A DNA stretch of 64,000 nucleotides from an uncultured Rickettsiales bacterium (GTDB lineage Bacteria > Myxococcota_A > UBA796 > UBA9615 > CAYRNR01). Of the stretch, positions 52,447 to 61,850 are shown one piece after another. The notes beneath the pieces were generated by a model. It saw only the letters and a list, made by a program, of their open reading frames with translations, did no database searches and was not told the origin of the DNA. Numbering within the stretch: position 1 is the stretch's first letter; each line of letters begins with the position of its first letter. The DNA lies in assembly GCA_964425605.1 (NCBI GenBank), contig CAYRNR010000028.1, positions 2,069 through 66,068 of the forward strand. Direction: 5' to 3'. Both the position numbers and the translations under genes were made by a program.

Positions 52447-54891
52447 TAGCGGCACGACGCTCACCTCGATCACGCCCCCCGATCCGCCGCAGCTCCCGCC
52501 GCAACACCCCCCCGCCTCCGCCAGAGCCAGGTCCTCGCACCACAGCGCAGCCTCGTGGACCTCGTCCGGGCCGTTGATCACCGTGTGGCGCACCACCTCG
52601 ACGGCGTCCACGATCGCCCCCTCGCCCGGATCGACGACCTCGAGGCGCAGGGTGTGGAGGCCGTCCTCGGCGAACGACCGGGTGAACACGGCCAGGGGGC
52701 CGGCGCGGTCGCCGTCCAGGTCCACGCGCGTGACCAGCTCGTCGTCCACGAAGACGTCGGCCGAGCCGTAGCCCGGCCCCAGCGAGGCGATCCAGCGCAC
52801 CTCCCGGCCGAAGAACTCCACGCTCACGGCGTCCCCGGCTCCCCGGGTCTGGTACGAGCCGCCGCCCGTGCCGCCCCCCTCCACGCGGTGCCAGCCCTGG
52901 CCGGAGTACCTCAGCGGGCAGGCCTGCTCCTCGTACCGCACCAGGCGGTCCAGCAGGTGCCAGTTCTCCCCCTCGTCGCAGGTGAAGAACGCGCCGTAGT
53001 GGGTGGTGGCCACCAGGGCAGCGGGCAGCCCCGGCGGCGCGGTCACGTCCACCACGGGCGAGGCAAACGGCGTGGGCACGCGGACCCAGTCGAGGCCGCC
53101 GTCGGCCGAGCGGAGGAGGCCCGTCGGATCCAGGGTGAGCATCAGGTCGCCGCCGGGCAGCTGGCGACCCTCGAGCACGCGGGTGTCCAGGGGGGCGATC
53201 TCCTCGCCGCCGATCCAGATCCTGCCCGACCGGCCGACCGCCACGAGACCGCCGCCATCCTCCCCGGCCGTGGCAAAGGCCGCCGCGAGGATCTCCCCCT
53301 CGGGCAGCTCCAGCAGGGTAGCCCAGCTGTCCCCGAGATCGGTGGACAGCAGCACCGCGGCCGGGTCCGCCTGGACCGCGTACACGGCGTGCCCCGTCGG
53401 ATCGAAGAACACGTCGCGGATCTGGGGAGCCGGCGCCGGCTCCCCCGTCCAGATCGATTCCCAGGTCTCGCCCGCGTCGAAGCTGCGGGCCACGACCCAC
53501 TGCCCCTCGTCGTCGGTGGTGCCCACGGCAAAGGCGAGGCGATCATGGTCGAACGCCGGGGAGAAGACCACGTGGTGGAGGAGCTCGATGCCGGGCAGGA
53601 GGACGTGCTCGAACCGCGTCCCCCCGTCCGCGGTGCGCATGAGGCGGCGGCTGGACACCACCATGGCCACGGGATCGTCGGGGAAGCCCGGCGCCGTGGC
53701 GATGCGCTCCACGTAGAGGTGATCGTCGAGCCCCTCGAGCACGGACCAGGTGTCCCCGCCGTCGTCGGTGGAGCGTACTCCGCTGCCGTACGCACCCACC
53801 CACAGGGTGGGGTCGTCCGGGTACGCCGGCGAGAACGCGGCGCTGCGGGCGAACGCCGGCGACACGATGCAGCTCTCCACCCAGGTCTCTCCCTCGTCGG
53901 CGCTGATCATCAGCCCCTCCCACGAGGAGAGCAGCGCGGCGGACGGGTCGTCCTGGACGCGGTCCACGCGGCGGAAGTGCCCCCACTGGCTGCTGGACTG
54001 CTCGGCGCGGGCCGGGAGGCCGTCGGAGCACATGTCCCAGGCCGCGCCGCCGTCGTCGCTGCACAGGGCGCCGTAGCTCGCGGTGACGGCCAGGACCCGC
54101 TGGTCGTCCAGCGAGACCAGGTCCTGGACCCCCTCCTCCACCTGCCCCGTGACCGCCGTCGCCAGGTCGACCTCGGCCCAGGTCTCCCCTCGATCGTCGC
54201 TGTACAGGACCGTGCCGTGGCGCGTGCCCGCCCAGATCCGGTCGTCGGCGGCGAACCCCGGCGACAGGTTCACCACCGCCGGCGCGCTGCCGTCCCCGCA
54301 GCCCACCGAGGGGTTCCAGGTCGCGCCGTCGTCGTGGGAGAGCCACAGGCACGCGTCGCCGGCCAGCGCGGCGATGAAGGGATCGTCGGGGTGGCCCGGC
54401 GAGGCCACCACCTGCTGCACCGGAGCCGCTCCCAGCCCGTCCAGGGGCGTCCACGTGGCGCCCTGGTCGGCGCTGACGTGGAGTCCGAGCTCGGTCCCGG
54501 CCAGCAGCTCCCCTGCGGGCGTGGGCGCCACAGTGCGCACGGCGCCGCCGTCCGGTTCCGCCGTCCGGGCCCACGAGAAGCCGCCGTCGAGGCTGACGAA
54601 CACCTCGGCGTCCACGCCGTTGGCGGCGTACAGGAGCCCGTCCGGGCCCGCCTCCAGTGACGTGAGCACCTCGGCGGAGGCCTCGGCGGCCACGAAGGAC
54701 CACGTCCGACCCCCGTCGCCGGACACCACCATCAGGCGCCGCTCGGGGTACAGGTACTGGGCGACCACGTGGTCTCCGAGGCCCGCGGCCTCGGCCATGA
54801 CGTCGTGGGGGAAGTGTGCGGCCGCAGGGAGCGGGCCGCAGACCCCCAGCAGGATCACCAGCGCGGGGAGGGTTCGGTTCATCCTCCACAC
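52393..54891 (-). CDS. BNR/Ycf48-like repeat protein with MYXO-CTERM-like anchor (paralog of 12880..15423)
   Basis: The start is GTG 54891 or ATG 54882 (MNRTLPALVILLGVCGPLPAAA). Repeats include SGDGGRTW, SLDGGFSW, SADQGATW, SHDDGATW, SDDRGETW and others. The tail is GGCCGGSCGGSGGVIEVSVVPLLLLFFGLGRRRRLPVQQ. Confidence 0.7.
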   Translation of the reverse strand: MWRMNRTLPALVILLGVCGPLPAAAHFPHDVMAEAAGLGDHVVAQYLYPERRLMVVSGDGGRTWSFVAAEASAEVLTSLEAGPDGLLYAANGVDAEVFVSLDGGFSWARTAEPDGGAVRTVAPTPAGELLAGTELGLHVSADQGATWTPLDGLGAAPVQQVVASPGHPDDPFIAALAGDACLWLSHDDGATWNPSVGCGDGSAPAVVNLSPGFAADDRIWAGTRHGTVLYSDDRGETWAEVDLATAVTGQVEEGVQDLVSLDDQRVLAVTASYGALCSDDGGAAWDMCSDGLPARAEQSSSQWGHFRRVDRVQDDPSAALLSSWEGLMISADEGETWVESCIVSPAFARSAAFSPAYPDDPTLWVGAYGSGVRSTDDGGDTWSVLEGLDDHLYVERIATAPGFPDDPVAMVVSSRRLMRTADGGTRFEHVLLPGIELLHHVVFSPAFDHDRLAFAVGTTDDEGQWVVARSFDAGETWESIWTGEPAPAPQIRDVFFDPTGHAVYAVQADPAAVLLSTDLGDSWATLLELPEGEILAAAFATAGEDGGGLVAVGRSGRIWIGGEEIAPLDTRVLEGRQLPGGDLMLTLDPTGLLRSADGGLDWVRVPTPFASPVVDVTAPPGLPAALVATTHYGAFFTCDEGENWHLLDRLVRYEEQACPLRYSGQGWHRVEGGGTGGGSYQTRGAGDAVSVEFFGREVRWIASLGPGYGSADVFVDDELVTRVDLDGDRAGPLAVFTRSFAEDGLHTLRLEVVDPGEGAIVDAVEVVRHTVINGPDEVHEAALWCEDLALAEAGGCCGGSCGGSGGVIEVSVVPLLLLFFGLGRRRRLPVQQ

Positions 54892-54910
54892 CAGGGTAGC
54901 GGCTTGGGCA

Positions 54911-55648
54911 TCAGCCGGAAAGCAGGCCAGCGATCCAGTCGACCGCCATGTGGAACCAGCGGCCGCCCGGCTTGTACTGGGACGGCGTCACCGACGTCAG
55001 GGCGAGCTCGCACACCACCAGCAGCGCCAGCGCCCAGGCTGGGAAGGGACCCACCGCAGGTGTTGAGGGCGAGACGCGCCCCACCGCCCAGCGGACAAGC
55101 CGCAGCGCAGTGGCCGAGCCCGCCATGCACAGGGCGGCCAGCCCGGTCACAGCCAGCACGTCCATGGGCAGGGGTTGCCCCAGCGCCAGGGCCACCGCGG
55201 CGACGGCGGGCAGCCCCACGGCCCAGGCCCAGTCGAACCGGCCCAGCGCGGCCAGGGGCCTCGGCCACTGGACGTGGGTCAGCCCACGCGCGCCCAGGAA
55301 CAGACCGCTGCCGATCCCAGCGAGGGTGCCGTTGAGGCCGCGGAACCACACCACGTCCATGGGGGAGCCGCGGCCCAGGATCAGCCCGTCGATCCCCATG
55401 GGGGCCAGCAGCAGCACGCAGATCGCCACCTGGACGCCGAGGCCGAAGGACCGCCCCATCCGCGGCCCCAGCCACAGCCCGGTCAATCCGCCCGCGTACA
55501 GTCCGGTGCATCGCAGGCACAGCCAGGCCCCCTCCAGGGTGCGTGCCGGGTCCCGGTGGCAGACGCCGTAGCCGACGAGGTCGTGCAGGTCCATCGCGAT
55601 GGCATTGTCGTCGAGGGGCGGGACCCTTGACAAGCAGGGGCCATTCAT
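54911..55648 (-). CDS. DUF2085-like integral membrane protein
   Basis: Distal part of track ORF 54911..55981, with an uncertain start at MNGPCLSRV (55648). Signature GVCHRDPARTLEGAWLCLRCTGLYAGG followed by several TM helices. It ends 19 nt upstream of the BNR paralog. Confidence 0.55.
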   Translation of the reverse strand: MNGPCLSRVPPLDDNAIAMDLHDLVGYGVCHRDPARTLEGAWLCLRCTGLYAGGLTGLWLGPRMGRSFGLGVQVAICVLLLAPMGIDGLILGRGSPMDVVWFRGLNGTLAGIGSGLFLGARGLTHVQWPRPLAALGRFDWAWAVGLPAVAAVALALGQPLPMDVLAVTGLAALCMAGSATALRLVRWAVGRVSPSTPAVGPFPAWALALLVVCELALTSVTPSQYKPGGRWFHMAVDWIAGLLSG

Positions 55649-55711
55649 CGATTCTCCGGCCAGCGCGAGCGGCGGCCAGATGCGGCGACCGGATCGCGCG
55701 CAGGAGGGTCC

Positions 55712-56170
55712 ATGAGGTACTTGCTGATCCTGGCGCTGGCCGCCTTCGTCATCCCTGGCTGTGGCGGCTCCGGCTCCACCGACGCCAACGCCCTGTCCGT
55801 GCAGGGCGAGCTGGCCAAGACCAACTACGACCAGATCAAGGCCGAGCTGGACGCCGGCAACGGCGCCGACCAGAACCTCGCGTGCGCCTTCCTCATGGGC
55901 ATGATCGAGGAGGACGCCGCCACCGAGGCCGACAAGACCCTGCTCGCGGACTCCAAGAGCCTGTGCTTCGGCGAGGTCCACAAGGCCATGTTCGACAAGA
56001 CCGTCGCCGACATCGAGGCGCGCGGCGAGGACGCCACCTTGCCCCCGTTCATGGAGTGCGTGCCCGCGCAGACCGCCCTGGACGAGGCGGCCAAGGAGGT
56101 CGACGTCCCCGGCCTGGCCGAGTCCAAGGCCAAGGCCCAGGAGCTGTGCGCGGCGGCGTGGGCCGAGTAA
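55712..56170 (+). CDS. Small lipoprotein, unknown function
   Basis: MRYLLILALAAFVIPGC|GGSGS lipobox. The mature part is helical with four Cys. GGAGGG lies upstream. Confidence 0.55.
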   Translation: MRYLLILALAAFVIPGCGGSGSTDANALSVQGELAKTNYDQIKAELDAGNGADQNLACAFLMGMIEEDAATEADKTLLADSKSLCFGEVHKAMFDKTVADIEARGEDATLPPFMECVPAQTALDEAAKEVDVPGLAESKAKAQELCAAAWAE

Positions 56171-57186
56171 CCGCGCAGACGGCGCTCGCCCGCTACACGC
56201 GGGACCCCCGGGCCACCCTCGAACCCCTGGGGGGTGGCCTGATCAACGAGACCTGGCGATTCACCGCCAACGGCGAGTTCGGCGTTCTGCAGCGCCTCAA
56301 TCCCCTGTTCCCCCCCGAGATCAACCGCGACATCGACATCGTCACGGCCCACCTCGCGGACGCGGGTCTGCAGACGCCCCGCGTGCTGCGCACCCTCGAC
56401 GACACGCTCTGGTGCGATCTCGGCGACGACGGCGCCTGGCGCGGCCTGACCTACGTGGAGGGCACCACCATCGCCCGCGCCGGAGATCCGCAGACCGCCC
56501 GCGAGGCCGCCTCCCTCCTCGGCCGCTTCCACGGCTGCCTTGCCACCCTGGACCACGAGTTCACCTTCGTCCGCCCCGGGGTCCACGACACCGACCACCA
56601 CCTGACCCGGCTGGCCGAGGTCGCGGCGGACCACAGCGAGGCCACCGTCGATCCCCTCGCCCGCGACATCCTCGCCGCCGCCGCCGACCTCCCTGCCCTG
56701 CCGGCAACGCCCCAGAGGGTCCTCCACGGCGATCCCAAGCTCGACAACCTGCGCTTCGATGCCGCCGGAACCCACGCCCTGTGCCTCATCGACCTCGACA
56801 CCGTCCGCCGCGGGCCCCTCGCCCACGACCTCGGCGACGCCTGGCGCTCCTGGTGCAACCGCAACGGCGAGGACGATCCAGAGGCTGCCCTCGAACTCCC
56901 CTACCTCGATGCCGCCGCCCGCGGCTATGCCGACGGCGCTGGCGACACCCTCACGCCCGACGAGATCGCCAGCTTGCCCATCGGCCTGGAACGCATCGCG
57001 CTGGAGCTCGCCGCGCGGTTCTGCACCGACGCGTACGAGGATCGGTACTTCGGCTGGAATCCCGACAAGTTCGTGTCGAGGCAGGAGCACAACCTGGTGC
57101 GGGCGAGGGGGCAGTACTCGCTGTGGCGAGCGGTGGCGAAGCGGCGAGGAGATATCCGCGGAATCGTCGCCGCGGCCTTCGGCTAG
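56158..57186 (+). CDS. Aminoglycoside-phosphotransferase (APH)/choline-kinase-fold protein
   Basis: Distal part of track ORF 55543..57186, with a tentative GTG 56158 start. Contains the catalytic loop LHGDPKLDNL and metal-binding IDLD. Confidence 0.65.
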   Translation: MGRVTAQTALARYTRDPRATLEPLGGGLINETWRFTANGEFGVLQRLNPLFPPEINRDIDIVTAHLADAGLQTPRVLRTLDDTLWCDLGDDGAWRGLTYVEGTTIARAGDPQTAREAASLLGRFHGCLATLDHEFTFVRPGVHDTDHHLTRLAEVAADHSEATVDPLARDILAAAADLPALPATPQRVLHGDPKLDNLRFDAAGTHALCLIDLDTVRRGPLAHDLGDAWRSWCNRNGEDDPEAALELPYLDAAARGYADGAGDTLTPDEIASLPIGLERIALELAARFCTDAYEDRYFGWNPDKFVSRQEHNLVRARGQYSLWRAVAKRRGDIRGIVAAAFG

Positions 57187-57494
57187 TCGAACAACGTCTC
57201 CAGGATCTTCTGTATCCGCTCGCAGTACTTCTTCTCGAAGTCCCGGAACGGAATCTTCAGCTCGAACGTCACGGTCTCGCCGACGACGCGGATGTCGGCG
57301 CTGGACTTGACGAGCATGACCCGTTTGGAGCCGCCGGCGCGGAGTCTGCGGTCGTCCCATTCCACCGCGGAGAGGATCTTGTCGATGATGTCGTGGTGGC
57401 TGATCTCGCGACGGCGGTCCCATAGCCCGTTCTTGACGGCCGCGAAGATCTCGTCGGAGGAACGACCGGGATAGGACTGGGTGATTCTCTGCAC
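57183..57494 (-). CDS. Small hypothetical protein (103 aa)
   Basis: GTG 57494 is preceded by a perfect AGGAGG (plus strand CCTCCT at 57499-57504). The region looks locally lower in GC. I cannot place it in a family with confidence. Confidence 0.45.
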   Translation of the reverse strand: MQRITQSYPGRSSDEIFAAVKNGLWDRRREISHHDIIDKILSAVEWDDRRLRAGGSKRVMLVKSSADIRVVGETVTFELKIPFRDFEKKYCERIQKILETLFD

Positions 57495-57510
57495 AAAACC
57501 TCCTGATTAC

Positions 57511-57533
57511 AAAAAGGTCGTTACATTGCGACC
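57511..57533 (-). terminator. Possible weak intrinsic terminator after the lipoprotein gene 57543..58547
   Basis: The minus strand reads GGTCG-(8 nt)-CGACC followed by TTTTT. The stem is only 5 bp. Confidence 0.3.
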
Positions 57534-57542
57534 GAATGACGA

Positions 57543-58547
57543 CTAAGGGGTGGACACCCAGTCGAACACGTAGATATTGCTGCCGTAGGTCTCGAGCACC
57601 GTGCCGTCGGGCAGCTCGTAGTAGAGCTTGTGGATGCGCTCGAGGCTGCCGGTACGGATGTAGCCGCTGGTGCCGAGGTTGGCCAGCACGGCCTCGGGGA
57701 TGGTGTGCTCGCCATCGTCGATGAGGCGGCACAGGATCTCGTGGGCGCCGGTCAGGCCCTCGTTGTACATCAGGTTGAGGCGGATCTCGCCGTCGGAAGT
57801 GCCGCTCCAGGTGAAGGGCCAGTCACCGCCGGTCCAGGTCCAGCCGTCGAGCAGCGGCGGAGTCACGGGCTGGGCGTCGGGCGGGGTGTGGATGGCTGCG
57901 GGCAGGGAGAAGGCGGGCACGTCCGCGCCGGTGGCCTCGATGCCGTACCAGGCGTCGAACTGGAAGGTGGAGCCCACGACGAGGCCGCCGTTTTGATAGA
58001 TGGGCTCTCCGTCCTCGCCCGTGCCGGGCAACAGGCTGATGTTCGTGCCGTCGAGATCGAGGCTGACGTTGCCCGCGGTGCGGCCGGTGAAGGTCAGGTC
58101 GCCGAACGTGCTGTTGTCGCCGGGGCCCCGGTACTCGCAGGTGTCGATCTCCATGGTCTCGAAGGTGCCGGGATCGTTGCCCATGGCGTAGGTGTAGAAG
58201 CGGCCGCCCGCGTCCGTCAGCTCCTGGTCCATGATCGGCAGCACCATGTGGGTGTACAGCACGGCGAGGTAGCCGCCGAGGTCCTCGAACGGCGGCGGGT
58301 CCACGGGGGTCGAACCGCCGGTGTCGTCGTCGTCGCCCACGGCGTCGTCGTCGTCGTCGCCCATGGCGTCGTCGTCGTCGCCCGCTGTCGCGTCATCGTC
58401 GTCGCCCGGGATCGCGTCGTCGTCGTCCGCCACGTCGTCGTCCGCTGCGCCGGAATCGTCGTCGCCGCCTTCCGGGCAACCGCCGGCGTATCCCAGGACG
58501 AGCGCCAGGCCGACGAGCCATCCCCAACCACCGATCCGCGTGAGCAT
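57543..58547 (-). CDS. Lipoprotein with long periodic poly-Asp tether, unknown function
   Basis: Distal 334 codons of track ORF 57543..60089. Starts MLTRIGGWGWLVGLALVLGYAGGC|PEGGDDDSGAADDDVADDDDAIPGDDDDATAGDDDDAMGDDDDDAVGDDDDTGG. Confidence 0.6.
   Translation of the reverse strand: MLTRIGGWGWLVGLALVLGYAGGCPEGGDDDSGAADDDVADDDDAIPGDDDDATAGDDDDAMGDDDDDAVGDDDDTGGSTPVDPPPFEDLGGYLAVLYTHMVLPIMDQELTDAGGRFYTYAMGNDPGTFETMEIDTCEYRGPGDNSTFGDLTFTGRTAGNVSLDLDGTNISLLPGTGEDGEPIYQNGGLVVGSTFQFDAWYGIEATGADVPAFSLPAAIHTPPDAQPVTPPLLDGWTWTGGDWPFTWSGTSDGEIRLNLMYNEGLTGAHEILCRLIDDGEHTIPEAVLANLGTSGYIRTGSLERIHKLYYELPDGTVLETYGSNIYVFDWVSTP
58323..58466 (-). repeat. Periodic GTC-rich (poly-Asp on minus strand) coding tract
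   Basis: Roughly 24-27-bp units of ggcgtcgtcgtcgtcgccca-type sequence, encoding the repeated GDDDD(A/D)xx. Confidence 0.9.
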
Positions 58548-58725
58548 CCGTCGTTCCCTTCTCGGACCCCGTGGGGAGGTCCCGCCGCTCCAAGCTATCT
58601 CGAACGCACCGGTCCCCGCAATTGGACTTGCGCGCAGGGTCGGCTGCGGCGACCATTTGCAGACCCGGCGATCGAATGAGATGCTCCCGAGCTGCGTCGG
58701 AACGACTGTATCGGAGAGGACGACG

Positions 58726-59091
58726 ATGAGGACACGAGACTCGGTCCTGGTGCTGGTGGCCACGCTCTCGGTGCTGTTCGCAGCCACCACCAGCCGTGGT
58801 GAGGAGGGCGAGGAGGAGGAGAAGGTCTTCGACGCCGACTCGGGCGCGGCCACCCTCGACGTCTCCGAGTACCCCGAGGAGATGCAGGAGCTGTACACCC
58901 TGTACGCCCGCAAGTGCAGCAAGTGCCACACCCTGGCGCGTTCCATCAACTCCGAGTACCGCGGCGAGGACTGGGACCGGTACGTGGCGCGGATGTCGCG
59001 CAAGCCCAACTCCGGGATCTCGCCGAAGACCGGCGACAAGATCCTGTCGTTCCTCAAGTTCCACTTCGAGCAGCTCGACTCCGAGGAGTAG
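58726..59091 (+). CDS. Small secreted monoheme c-type cytochrome-like protein
   Basis: Distal part of track ORF 58321..59091. ATG 58726 follows GGAGAGGA. It has a signal peptide MRTRDSVLVLVATLSVLFAA and a single CxxCH (CSKCH). Confidence 0.6.
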   Translation: MRTRDSVLVLVATLSVLFAATTSRGEEGEEEEKVFDADSGAATLDVSEYPEEMQELYTLYARKCSKCHTLARSINSEYRGEDWDRYVARMSRKPNSGISPKTGDKILSFLKFHFEQLDSEE

Positions 59092-59130
59092 CCCGCACGC
59101 CCCCACACACGCGGGCGCGCGTGTGGTTCA

Positions 59131-60684
59131 ATGGGGGACGTGACGCCGTCCACCCCCGCCGAGGACCTCGCCAGCGCGCTCGAAGCCATCGGTTGCCGAC
59201 GGGCGTGCCCGGTCCACACGGACGCCGGACGGTACGCCCAGGCCCTGGCGCGCCGGGACGCGCGCGAGGCCGTGCGAATCGCGCGCCACACCAACCCCCT
59301 GGTCAGCGTCTGCGCCCACATCTGCACCCACCCCTGCGAGAGCGCCTGCATCCGGTCCGGGTATGACGCGCCGCTGGCCCTGCGCCGCCTGAAACGGCAG
59401 GCGCTGGAGGAGGTGGACCCCCGGGAGGTGGCTCCCCGTCCCCACGACACCCGGGGCGAGGGACACCGCGTCGCCGTGGTGGGCGCGGGCCCGGCGGGCC
59501 TGTCCGCCGCCCACGACCTGGCGCTGGCGGGATACCCGGTGACCGTGTTCGAGGCGGGGCCGGTGCCCGGCGGGCTGCCAGCCCAGGCGATCCCCGAGTT
59601 CCGCCTGCCCCGCGCCGCCCTCGAGCGCGATATCGAGGGCATCGTGGCGCTGGGCGTGGAGATCCGCACCCACGTCGAGGTCCCCCTGGGCGCAGATCTG
59701 CGCGGCGAGGGGTTCGAGCGGACCCTGCTCGCGCCCGGGCTCCCGGACGGCGCGCGGCTGCCCGTGCCCGGCGCGGAACATCCACGCGTCGTCGACGGCC
59801 TGGACCTGCTGAGGGAGCTCGTGGCCGGCCAGCCCGGGGAGATCGGGCCGAGGGTCGTGGTCATCGGCGGCGGTGACACGGCCGTGGACGTGGCGCGCGC
59901 AGCGATCCGGCTGCCGTCGGTGGACGAGGTGGAGCTGATCTTCCGGCGCCCCCGGCTCGACGGGCGATCCCGCCGCGAGGAGGCCGCCGCCGCCGAGGCC
60001 GAGGGGGTCCAGCTCCGGCCGCTGTCCATCCCCACGTCCATCGAGGCCCTCGATGGCGGCCTCGGCGTGGTGGTCGCCGAGGTGGCCACCTACCACGACG
60101 TCCACGCCCGCTACCGCCCGCGCGCGCGCCCCGGAACCCGCTGCCGGATCGACGCGGATCACGTGCTGGTGGCCGTGGGGCGCGGGGGGCCTCCCCTTCC
60201 CGATGGAGGCGGGGCCCTGCGCACGCGCGACGGATCGCAGCTCGTGGTCGCGCCCACCTGGGCCGCGGGCGGAGATCGGACCGGGGCAGGCACCGTGATC
60301 CGCGCCGTGGCCGACGGCCAGGCCCTGGCCCGGCGGGTGGATCGTGAGCTCACCGGCAGCGAGCCCGTGTCGTCCCGATGCCGCAGCCGGGTGTCGGGCC
60401 CACCACCCCACGCGTGGCCCCGAGCGAGCCGGCGGATGGCGGCGGCCGCCGAGGAGGGCTCGCGCTGCCTCAACTGCTACGCTGCGGTCCGCTCCCACGA
60501 CGAGGCGGTCTGCGTGGCCTGCGGTCGTTGCGTGGACGGATGCCCGGCGGGGGCCCTGTCCCTGGGAGGAGACGAACGGGAGACCGTGCTGGCCCGTGAG
60601 GACCTGTGTCTCCGCTGCGGGCTCTGCGTCGAGCGTTGTCCTGTAGGATGTCTGCTGTGGCTGGAACACACCGATGACGGATGA
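59131..60684 (+). CDS. GltD-like (glutamate synthase small-subunit family) NAD(P)H:FAD oxidoreductase with C-terminal 2x[4Fe-4S] ferredoxin domain
   Basis: N-terminal Cys clusters: CRRACPVHTD and VCAHICTHPCESAC. Dinucleotide folds: VAVVGAGPAGLSAA and VVVIGGGDTAVDVA. C-terminal ferredoxin motifs: CVACGRCVDGCP and CLRCGLCVERCP. Confidence 0.8.
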   Translation: MGDVTPSTPAEDLASALEAIGCRRACPVHTDAGRYAQALARRDAREAVRIARHTNPLVSVCAHICTHPCESACIRSGYDAPLALRRLKRQALEEVDPREVAPRPHDTRGEGHRVAVVGAGPAGLSAAHDLALAGYPVTVFEAGPVPGGLPAQAIPEFRLPRAALERDIEGIVALGVEIRTHVEVPLGADLRGEGFERTLLAPGLPDGARLPVPGAEHPRVVDGLDLLRELVAGQPGEIGPRVVVIGGGDTAVDVARAAIRLPSVDEVELIFRRPRLDGRSRREEAAAAEAEGVQLRPLSIPTSIEALDGGLGVVVAEVATYHDVHARYRPRARPGTRCRIDADHVLVAVGRGGPPLPDGGGALRTRDGSQLVVAPTWAAGGDRTGAGTVIRAVADGQALARRVDRELTGSEPVSSRCRSRVSGPPPHAWPRASRRMAAAAEEGSRCLNCYAAVRSHDEAVCVACGRCVDGCPAGALSLGGDERETVLAREDLCLRCGLCVERCPVGCLLWLEHTDDG

Positions 60685-61111
60685 AGCCGAGGTCCGGACG
60701 CGCCGCAACGTCCTGATGTACGGCGCCGCTGCCCTGGCCGCTGCCGCCGGGCTCGGCAGCTACGTCTCGCTGGAGTTCGTCACGCCGTGGGCGCGAGATC
60801 GCTCGCGCGGCGCCGTGATCGTGGGATACCCCGAGGAGATCCCGGTGGGCTCGGTGATGGTGGTCGGCGCTGCGCGCGCATTCGTGGGCCGCACCGAGGA
60901 CGGGTTCTTCGCCCTGTCCACCGTCTGTCCGCACCTGGGGTGCGTGCTGCGCTGGCTACCCGACGAGCGGCGGTTCCACTGCCCGTGCCACGGCAGCCAG
61001 TTCGAGCTGGACGGCCGGGTGCTCAACGGCCCCGCGCGGACCGATCTCCGCGCCCTGGAGCTGGGCACCGACGACCAGGGGCGGCTGCTGGTGGACGGGG
61101 GAGAGTCTTGA
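60674..61111 (+). CDS. Rieske [2Fe-2S] subunit of a cytochrome bc-type complex
   Basis: Twin-arginine signal/anchor ([21 protein letters not shown]). Cluster ligands CPHLGC and CPCHGS. The start overlaps the upstream gene by 11 bp. Confidence 0.88.
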   Translation: MTDEAEVRTRRNVLMYGAAALAAAAGLGSYVSLEFVTPWARDRSRGAVIVGYPEEIPVGSVMVVGAARAFVGRTEDGFFALSTVCPHLGCVLRWLPDERRFHCPCHGSQFELDGRVLNGPARTDLRALELGTDDQGRLLVDGGES

Positions 61112-61113
61112 CC

Positions 61114-61848
61114 GTGCAGCCGAGCGAACCCCGGGGCCTCGTCGACCGGATACGGGCGAGCCGTCTGTGGCGTTCCTTCGCCCGCACGCCTGTCCCGGAC
61201 ACGGACACGGGGCGCATCCGGTTCGTGCTCTCCAGCGTGCTGCTGCACATCCGGCCCGTCCGCGTGTCCCCCCTCGACTACCGCTTCACCGCCACGTTCT
61301 GCCTCGGCGGCCTCACGGCGTTGATGTTCGTCCTGCTCACGGTGACCGGCGTCTACCTGATGGTCTACTTCCGTCCCGCCGTGCCCGAGGCGTACCACGA
61401 CATCGAGGACCTGATGTACGCGGTGCCCGCCGGCGCGTTCATGCGCAACCTGCACCGCTGGGCTGCCCACGGCATGGTGATCACGGTGGTGCTGCACATG
61501 GTGCGCGTGTTCGTCGCCCGCGCCTACGCGCCACCGCGGGAGTTCAACTGGCTGGTGGGTGTGGGGCTGCTGCTGCTCACCCTGGCGCTGAGCTACACCG
61601 GCTACCTGCTTCCCTGGGACCAGCTGGCGTTCTGGGCCGTCTCCGTGGGTACGAAGATGGCCGAATCGGTGCCCCTGGTGGGGGAGCCCGCACGCAGGTT
61701 GCTGCTGGGGGACGACCAGGTCGGCGCCTCGGCCCTGCTGCGTTTCTACGTTCTGCACTGCATCGTGTTGCCCGCGGCTGCGGTCGTGCTGATGGCCGTC
61801 CACTTCTGGCGCGTGAGAAAGGATGGGGGGCTGGCGCGGCCCCTGTGA
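61114..61848 (+). CDS. Cytochrome b6-type (N-terminal four-helix) subunit
   Basis: Distal part of track ORF 60787..61848. The start is GTG 61114, or TTG 61108 overlapping the Rieske stop. Heme-ligand His pairs: [17 protein letters not shown] and [18 protein letters not shown]. Confidence 0.85.
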   Translation: MQPSEPRGLVDRIRASRLWRSFARTPVPDTDTGRIRFVLSSVLLHIRPVRVSPLDYRFTATFCLGGLTALMFVLLTVTGVYLMVYFRPAVPEAYHDIEDLMYAVPAGAFMRNLHRWAAHGMVITVVLHMVRVFVARAYAPPREFNWLVGVGLLLLTLALSYTGYLLPWDQLAFWAVSVGTKMAESVPLVGEPARRLLLGDDQVGASALLRFYVLHCIVLPAAAVVLMAVHFWRVRKDGGLARPL

Positions 61849-61850
61849 CG

